Assembly: GCA_013239625.1 (NCBI GenBank) | Contig: MU053802.1 | Location: forward strand, 141,363-199,436 | Reading direction: 5' to 3' | DNA from: Lama guanicoe | Lineage: Eukaryota | DNA: 58,074 nt | Shown: piece by piece, positions 50,232 to 58,074 of the stretch | Position numbering within the stretch: position 1 is the first letter of the stretch | Layout: each line of letters opens with the position of its first letter | Notes under the pieces: generated by a model | Seen by the model: only the letters and a program-made list of their open reading frames with translations | Databases searched by the model: none | What the model was told of the DNA's origin: nothing | Position numbers and translations under genes: made by a program

Positions 50232-52594
50232 CTGAAAGAAAAAAACACACATTTTTGATTTTTTAAACAGATGAAAAAGATTATTCTTTAATTTTTATGA
50301 AAGACATTGGTATCATAATAAAATCTTGAGTTTTATTAGATAGATAAGGTGTTAGAATATATATTTGTATTTTATAAAAGACTTTCCTTTCTAAGTAATT
50401 TCTTTCTATGTCTTTATTACCAGAATTTCAGTATACTTAATGGGATCACTAGCACTAACTATAAAACAAGATTATGAGATGAATAACCTGGCATTCATAA
50501 GGTTCTTCCTTTTGTAAACCTGTGTCATTCATTCCCAAGAAGTCAGTAGCCTACTTATAAATCACCCATAATCAGATTCAGGCCAGTGGATGCCTAGTAG
50601 ATGTGTCTCAGAGGCCACATGTTATATTCCAGTAACATATTTGATGTAGAGTGAGGCTAATTTTAATAATGAATATACCATATCAAAGCTGAAAAAAAGG
50701 AAATCTTAAGTAATAACTAACAACTACTTATATTAGTGCCAAAATGTCATACACAATGAAATTTTTTCTCAAGATAAGCTGGAAAAAATTGAAAGATAAA
50801 AACATAAGAGACTGAAAGTTTCCAACAAGATATAGACATTTATTTACACTCTGTGTTTTGTTCATCATAAGGAGAAATTTCTGGAAAAGCAATTATATTT
50901 TTTCTTCTTATTAAGCCTGCCTAATTTCTTGGAAATTATTACCAGTCATCTTAAATGGCAAATAATCAGCTGCTCAGCCTCAATATCCACGTAATTAATA
51001 TCTCTAGGGCCATTTCTACAAAGTCAAAAGGCAGAGGGCAATTAGCTTTGGTTCAGCCAAGGTTTGCAGCCAGAAGCATTCTACAATGGATTTTCTTGTT
51101 GCTTTTTCAAGACATGGTATGAGTCACATAAACCTAGAGTGTTTTAGTGTCCTTAATTTAAGAATAATTGCTCTGCTGCAGCCAGCCATCTTTATAACCT
51201 TCATAAAACAATTTGAAAACACAGCTCCTTCCCTCTGAAGGAGACTGAAATAAAAACTCATACAGCACCACATTATACAGCCATAGCTACCAGCAGGCGA
51301 ACTCTTGTCTTATCAGATCAATAAATTATAAATGGTTCTCCATATCTTGAGTGAAATTAAGAGACAAAGATACAAAGATGACTTTGAAAACATAAAGTAG
51401 AGCTATAAAAATAATCAGATAAGATATAAATAATTACATAGAATAACAGATATTATGTTTTCAAAACAAATAAATTTAAAGTAAGCAATGCTTATTCTGA
51501 TGAATAGGCATATAAAAGCAAAGTTAGAATGCAACAAAAATGCTCAAGGTAAAAAATATACAGCCAGCACTTTCCATGAAACATCTAAGGGAACTTGATA
51601 AATGTGACCTTACAAGAACCCTTAGAAAAATGAATGTTTGTCAAGATTTATTAATGCAAACAATGTGCTTCTAACTAGGATCAGTGTAGATGCTAAATAG
51701 TCATTTCGGAGTTGAGTGCATTTCAATGAAAAAATTCACAGCAGTTTAAAAATAAATTCTATAGTGATTGAAAACTCTGCTAAGTCACATAGAATATCTG
51801 GTACTGGATTTCCTAAAGTGGAATTAAAACAATCAAATATATTTAATCCACAAATGCAAATAAACAATATTGTTATGATAAAAAGATGAAACAAAAGACT
51901 TTAAAATGAAAAAATAAAAACCCAATAATAATTCAAAAATTAAATAAACCTATTATATAGTACCTACTTATACTGCAAGAAGTGCAAACACCAATTGTCA
52001 ATTTGTGGCAATCATTTGTACAATTTCCTCACTATGTGTGACCGTTCCAGGCTACTTGATCTCTATTACAGAAGATTTTCATCAATGTTCCTGGCCATTT
52101 GTTGACTTATGCCCATATATAAAAAGAAAACTTTATTATTAAACTTTATTATTAAAAGAACCAAAGAATCTTGCTAATTTTCATTAGCAAGGAAAAGATG
52201 GCACTACCAAGGTAAATGCATAGTGTGTCTATTTACTCAGAAAGTGACGTGCATGTGAAAACTGAAGTTTGAGTCATGGCATCTCCCCCTTGTAAATTAT
52301 GTCACACAAGCAAGTCTCAAAAGTTTAACTTCAATTTTGTCCTCTGAAAAGTGGCTATCTTATTAATATGTATGTCATAAAGCTGCTTTGGAGAGTCAAG
52401 TACTGTGATGTCCTTAGCCCCCTTTTTAATCCTCAGATACCTCTTTACACAGGTAGAAAGTCTGTGGTCTTAACTGTTGGAATGTGTCTTTGGGCTACAA
52501 AACTCAGTCATATTTAAGAGAAAAAAGGCATTTTGTATACAAAGGCAAAGTATTATCATCACTCTACTAATCAAAATTGCTCTAAAAAATAATT

Positions 52595-54600
52595 CTGATG
52601 TTAAACTTCTATCTCTCCAGGCAGATGACATGATCTTATATGCACAAAATCATAAAAATTCCACACACACAAAAATACTGTTAGAAGTAATAAAAAATTC
52701 ACTAAAATTTTACAGTGCCAAACCAACACACAGAAATCAGTTGCATATCGATAAACAACAAACAATATGAAAAGGAAATTAAGAAAACAATCCCACTTAT
52801 AAGAACACAAAAAAAAGAGTAAAATATTTAGGAATAAACTTAACTAAGGAGGCAGAAGACAGGTATACTGAAAACTACAAAACGTTGCTGAAAGAATTTA
52901 AAGAAAGACACAAAGTAATGTGTTCATGGATTGGAAAACTTAGTATTGTTAAAATGTTATCTGTACTACCCAAAGCAATCTACAGATTCAATGCAATCCC
53001 TAGTAAATTCCCAATGGCATTTTTTTGCAGAAGTGGGGGGAGAATAGTCTTACAATACATACAGAACCACAAACCCTAAATAGCCAAAACAATCTTGAGA
53101 AGAAAGCTGGAAGCCTCATACTTCTTCATATTACACACCTACAGTAATCAAGAGTATGGTACTGACATAAGATAGACCTGTAGACCAGTGGGACTGAATA
53201 AAGACCACAGAATAAACCCACATCTAAATGGTAAAATGGGATCTTCAAAAAGGGGGCCAGGACTACACAGTGGGGAAAGGATAGTCTCTTCAACAAATGG
53301 TGTTGGGGAAACTAGAAATGCACTTACAAAAGAATAAGATTAGACTCATCTTTCACTATACACAAAAGCCAACTCAAAGTGGATTAAAGGCTTAGAAGAA
53401 AGAACCAAAATTGTAAAATCCCTAGAAGAAAAAACATAGGTGAAAAGCTTCATAACTGTAGTCCCGGCAATAATTTCTTGGATATGACACCAAGAGCACA
53501 GACAACAAGAGCAAAAATAGACAAGTGGGACTCCGACTTCTAAAGCTTCTGTGCAGCAAAGGGAACCATCAATAGAGTGAAAAGCAATCTTCAGAACAGA
53601 AGAAAACATTTGCAAATTGTACATCTTATAAAGGGTTAGTATCCACAATATATAAGGAACTCCTACAACTCAATAGGAATCAAAAAGCAAAAAACAAAAC
53701 AAACAGAAACCCCAAATAACCAAACTTTAAATGGGCAAAGGACTTGAATAGATATTTCTTCAAAGAAAATATACAAAAGGCCAATTTATATATGAAAAAA
53801 ATGCTCAACATTACTAATTCTCAGGGAAATGCAAACCAAAACCACAATGAGATTTCACTTCATACCCTTTAGGATGGCCATTATCAAACAAACAACCCAA
53901 AACACAGGAAAGAACAGGTATTGGTGAGGATATGGAGAAATTAGAACAATTTGGCACTGTTGGTAGGAATGTAAAATGCGCAATCACTGTGGAAAACAGT
54001 GTGGCATTTCCTCAGAAATTATAAATATAACTACCAAATGATCCAGCAATTTCACTTCTGACTATTATTCCAAAAGAGTTGAAAACAGAATCTTGAAGAA
54101 ATCATACACACACATATTCACTGAAGCATTATTCAAAGTAGCCAAGAGACAGAAACAACCTAAGTGTCCATTATTGGATGAGTGAATAAAGAAAACATGG
54201 TCCATACACACAATGGAATATCATTCAGCCTTAAAACAGAAAGAGATCTGTCACTGCTACAACACAAATGAACCTGGAGGACACTATTCTAAGTGAAATA
54301 TGCCAGTCACACACAGAAGGCCAAATACAACATGACTCCACTTACATAATTTTTCTAAAGTGGTCAAATTTATAGGATAAAGTAACATGGTGGCTGCCAA
54401 GGACTGGGAGGAGGGGAGTGGGGAGCCACCGTCCACTAGGGACAGAGTTTCAGTGTTAGTTATGCAAGATGAAAAAGTTTTTAAAGATCTTCTGTTTAAA
54501 ATGTACATATAGTTAACAGTATTGTATTGTGTGATTAAAATTTTGTTAATAGGAGAGATCATATATTATGTGTTTCACCAAAATTTTAAAATAATTAATA
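52595..54600 (+). mobile_element. Old LINE-1 (L1MB-like), 5'-truncated
   Basis: VKLLSLQADDMILYAQN and CSWIGKLSIVKMLSVLPKAIYRFNAIP; L1MB-type 3'UTR. Confidence 0.88.
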
Positions 54601-55529
54601 ATAAAAGAGTTACACTTCTAAATACTTCATCATATAATTCGTCTCACTTTTGCAACAGATAATTCTCATGTATCTTTCTTCTTACTAGATAGAAAAGTGT
54701 GTTTGAATTGTATAAATGCTACTTGGATTGTGTATGGCCAAGCAATTATTTCAAATAACTGTATTTTTAATAATATGACTAAATTTACACCTGATTGTAG
54801 TTTCTACCTACAAATATTTTCCCCAGCAAATGTCTACAACATTCAGCAAATATCAAAGGTTTAGAATCCTTTATCCATATTCTGTAAGAACACACTTACA
54901 ATTTTGCTAACTCTAAAGAAAACATACAGTAACCTGTACTAAATAAATCTCTTCCCAAAGAACCTCAATAAATTCTAAAGTAGGGGTAAAATAAAACTAT
55001 ATATCATCAATTTAGCACTACCTAATTAACTTTTTATTACTTCCATGGCTCTCTTAAACTTTTATATGTAATAAGTAAAATATAGGTTTAAAGTGATTTT
55101 TAAAGGAAAGGATGCTAAAAGGAACCCTAAATTGTCTAAGCCATAAAGGTGAGGTTAATTACTGAAATATTTTAAAATATATTTCAATAGTAACTGCCTG
55201 GCCAAGTCTGAATCATCCCTTATGCTGAAGCACAAACACCAACTCCAAGAAGCCTCCCTCATCCCGGGTGCAGGTCACGTTAAGTCCCTGCTCAGGACTG
55301 CTTCAGCATCCTTTACTGAAGAGACTTTACTGCCTCACTAAGTGACACTGTCTGTATGATCCCGCAGGTGACTGCTATTTGTGTGTATGATCTGTGCTTC
55401 CTTCTCTGTGGCCACAGTATCTGGTGCATGGCCTTTCACACATTAAAGCATCCACTTCATTCAGACAGCAACTACCTCTCAAGAGTCTAATTTATATCCA
55501 ATTCAGAAAACCGTGAGAAAAAAGCCCAA

Positions 55530-56030
55530 CTCCAGTCCTAAAGAACCTTGTACTCTAAGTGGGAACTGATAAGTGATGTGATGATTTATAGGAGTCAGAC
55601 ACAAAGGCCAGAACTGAACAAGGCATTTACCACCATGGGAGTCCTGGGAGCCCAGACAGTTTTTAAGTCAGAGGTTACATAAGAGCCAAATCTTGAGTAG
55701 GAGTTAGGATTTAGCCAGGTGTCAGTTATGAGTGCTCTGGCTGGAGGAAGAGGCAGAAAGCGAGCATAAAGTGGGGTCAGGGGCTGAATGAAGTAGGGGT
55801 GAGAAGCTGGGTGTCAGGGGGATACCCAGAGAAGAGGATGAGGGAAGAGATGGGGAGAGGGTGGTGGGGAATCTTGAAGGAGACATTGAAAAGGAAATTA
55901 ATCTTTATCCCAAAATAAGCGGAGTAAGATGTCCATATTTAAAAAGTCACTTGAATAACAATGTGGCCAGAGAACTAAAGAGATGTAAGACTGGAAAGAA
56001 AGGCTAATGAGCAGGCATTGGAGCAACCCA
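55530..56030. mobile_element. L2 remnant
   Basis: Purine-rich degenerate L2-like motifs (tcttgagtaggagttaggatttagccagg; ctttatccc). Confidence 0.45.
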
Positions 56031-57752
56031 CATCAAAGGCCAGGGTCCCTGGATGAGGGACTTATTCCCACAATGTGAGATACCAAGACCAAGAAGGTAG
56101 CAGGCTGACTGGTTGCGGGAAGTGAGGCAGAGAGAGAATGAAGAGAGAATGCCCTCCATGGTTCTGCTTGGGCTCCCGGATGACCCGTGTGTGGTACCAG
56201 CAACTGAACTAAGTGATGGTCTATGGGAGGAATAAACAAGTCCATGAATAAGTGGAGAAAATGGCTACATTCTTTTTTGTGCAGGTTGGCAATATATTTT
56301 AGCCAAGAATTATATGCAAGCATATATAGCAAGGATATTCTAGTTGGAGTCTCAGAGAATTATTGCAGGAACTAAAAGATTAGTATTTTAGGTAACTAAA
56401 AGGAAACATATTAATTTAGAAAGGAACTTTAAGTGCTGAGAGTGTGGAGTGTGTGCTCCGGGCTCAGAACATTTATTATTTTAAAAATAAAAAAAAAAGA
56501 AATCTAAAAGAGTCTTAAAAAGTAACTTTAATGAAACAAGTGTTAAAAGGTTTCTGGTATCCAAACTCCACGAACACTGAACCTGGCCTTCCATCCCTAC
56601 ACACTCCAGACAGATGTGCCTCGGTGTACATGGGTGTTCTGTACAGGTACTGTGTGTTTAATGATGCTTTTAAATTTATGAACATAGATTGTATGTGTGT
56701 TCATCTATGAACACATAAGCACTTTTATATAATAGGGAAAATTCTAATCCTCAGAAGCCCCTTTATTTTTGGATGCCAATTTACTTTACATTTTTTCTAA
56801 TTTTATTATATTACTTGACATTCAATTATAGAAGATTTACTGAGAGAATATTTTGGTTGAAAGTTGGTGTAAGTGTTAGGTTGTTATAAGCTAAAATGTC
56901 ATGGGACTACAGAAAAACTATATTAAGAAAAAATGCAATAACAGTAGAGACTTTATCAGAAGAGTTAAATTTAAGCAGTTGAGAAATAAAAAGGGAAAAC
57001 ATTCCTAAAATTAGATCAAAGTAGAGGCAAATACATTTAGAACATGAGGGGAAAAAAGTCCCCAAAAAGAGAGAGAACAAGAGAACACACAAGTCATTCA
57101 GGAAGAGAGGAAGGTGCACCACCGCTCACACACCTTGCAGAGCTTTCAACAGCAGACGCTTGATTGCTGGGGTAAAGGAAAGACGAAGACCATTCTCTGC
57201 CCAATGTGGACGTTTCATGTCCTGACAAATGTGGGATGCAAGAAATTGTAATGTAAGGCAAGTGACATTAACAGGTGTCCTTTCAGATGCTTTCAATGCT
57301 AGAAAGCCTTGGAAGCCTTTGGAAGGACATGGGATTGGCCTTTGGACAGCAGTGTCCAGACACCTAGTCAATCTCAGGGTTGAGCAGCCTTCCTTCCTTT
57401 TGCCTTCCTGTTCCTTTTTGGGTCTGTGTGTTCTGGCAATCGATGACTGGGTCTTATGTCATCAGAGTGTCAGGGCTATAAAGGATCATATCTTTTCTTC
57501 ACATCACAATGCATAGGGAGACTTCCCTTGCCTGCTTTTAAAAGTAAGAGCAAGAAATGGCAATGCAAATAATTCTAAACTGAAAGAAACTTATCCTCAT
57601 TCCATGAGCTTAAAAACACACTTTTATTTCTGTATGGGGCTTTTTCATGATGCATGTACACTGACTGCACAAGAAGTAACTGAATTCTCACACACAGATC
57701 CAATCTATATATTTGGCATATATAACTAGATAAATATAATGGGTTATAAGTT

Positions 57753-58074
57753 CTTTTTTTAACATTTTTTATTGATTTATAATCATTTTACAATGTTGTG
57801 TCAAATTCCAGTGTTCAGCACAATTTTTCAGTCATTCATGGACATATACACACTCGTCACATTTTTTTCTCTGTGATTTATCATAACATTTTGTGTATAT
57901 TTCCCTGTGCTATACAGTGTAATCTTGTTTATCTATTCTACAATTTTGAAATCCCAGTCTATCCCTTCCCACCCTCCACCCCCCTGGTAACCACAAGTCT
58001 GTATTCTCTGTCCATGAGTCTATTTCTGTCCTGTATTTATGCTTTGTTTTTGTTTGTTTGTTTGTTTTAGTTTT
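57753..58074 (-). mobile_element. 3' end of a younger LINE-1, antisense, cut by the window edge
   Basis: T-tract, then ttttacaatgttgtgtcaaattccagtgt...ttccctgtgctatacagt...ctggtaaccacaagtctgtattctctgtc. Confidence 0.85.

Larger units (their letters stand above)
43890..51808 (+). repeat. Segmental duplication copy 2 (paralog of ~843-8560), with the same nested L1 remnants
   Basis: Colinear direct match to copy 1, with L1 pieces at ~43890-44480 (+), ~45825-47500 (+) and ~48480-49920 (-). Confidence 0.95.

Overview
Mammalian genomic DNA, probably camelid (two short tRNA-derived SINEs of the camelid type; my recognition, no database check), with two assembly gaps (23091-23354, 23823-23845). I see no intact protein-coding gene. 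The window is a mosaic of decayed duplicated gene pieces in a LINE-1-rich background. It holds: (i) a ~7.7-7.9 kb block present twice in direct orientation (~843-8560 and ~43890-51808), each copy with one TLL1 CUB1 exon on the minus strand; (ii) a non-processed, disabled copy of JMY exon 1 with its promoter, ~365 bp of which is re-copied almost perfectly into an old ERVL/MaLR remnant 2.3 kb away; (iii) a PFN1 processed pseudogene with target-site duplication; (iv) a multi-exon RALGDS-like pseudogene (~27.6-40.7 kb) interrupted by a 5'-inverted L1 and a ~3 kb unrelated CpG-island segment; (v) an unnamed degenerate ~215-bp tandem array with alternating unit lengths, next to an ERV LTR and a duplication breakpoint; (vi) a GC-rich ~170-183 bp repeat with an inverted copy. 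I find no convincing new biological system. The best leads are the duplication mosaic, the two unnamed repeat arrays and possible minus-strand chimeric transcripts. Protein matches are to sequences recalled from memory; repeat boundaries and identity values are by-eye estimates.
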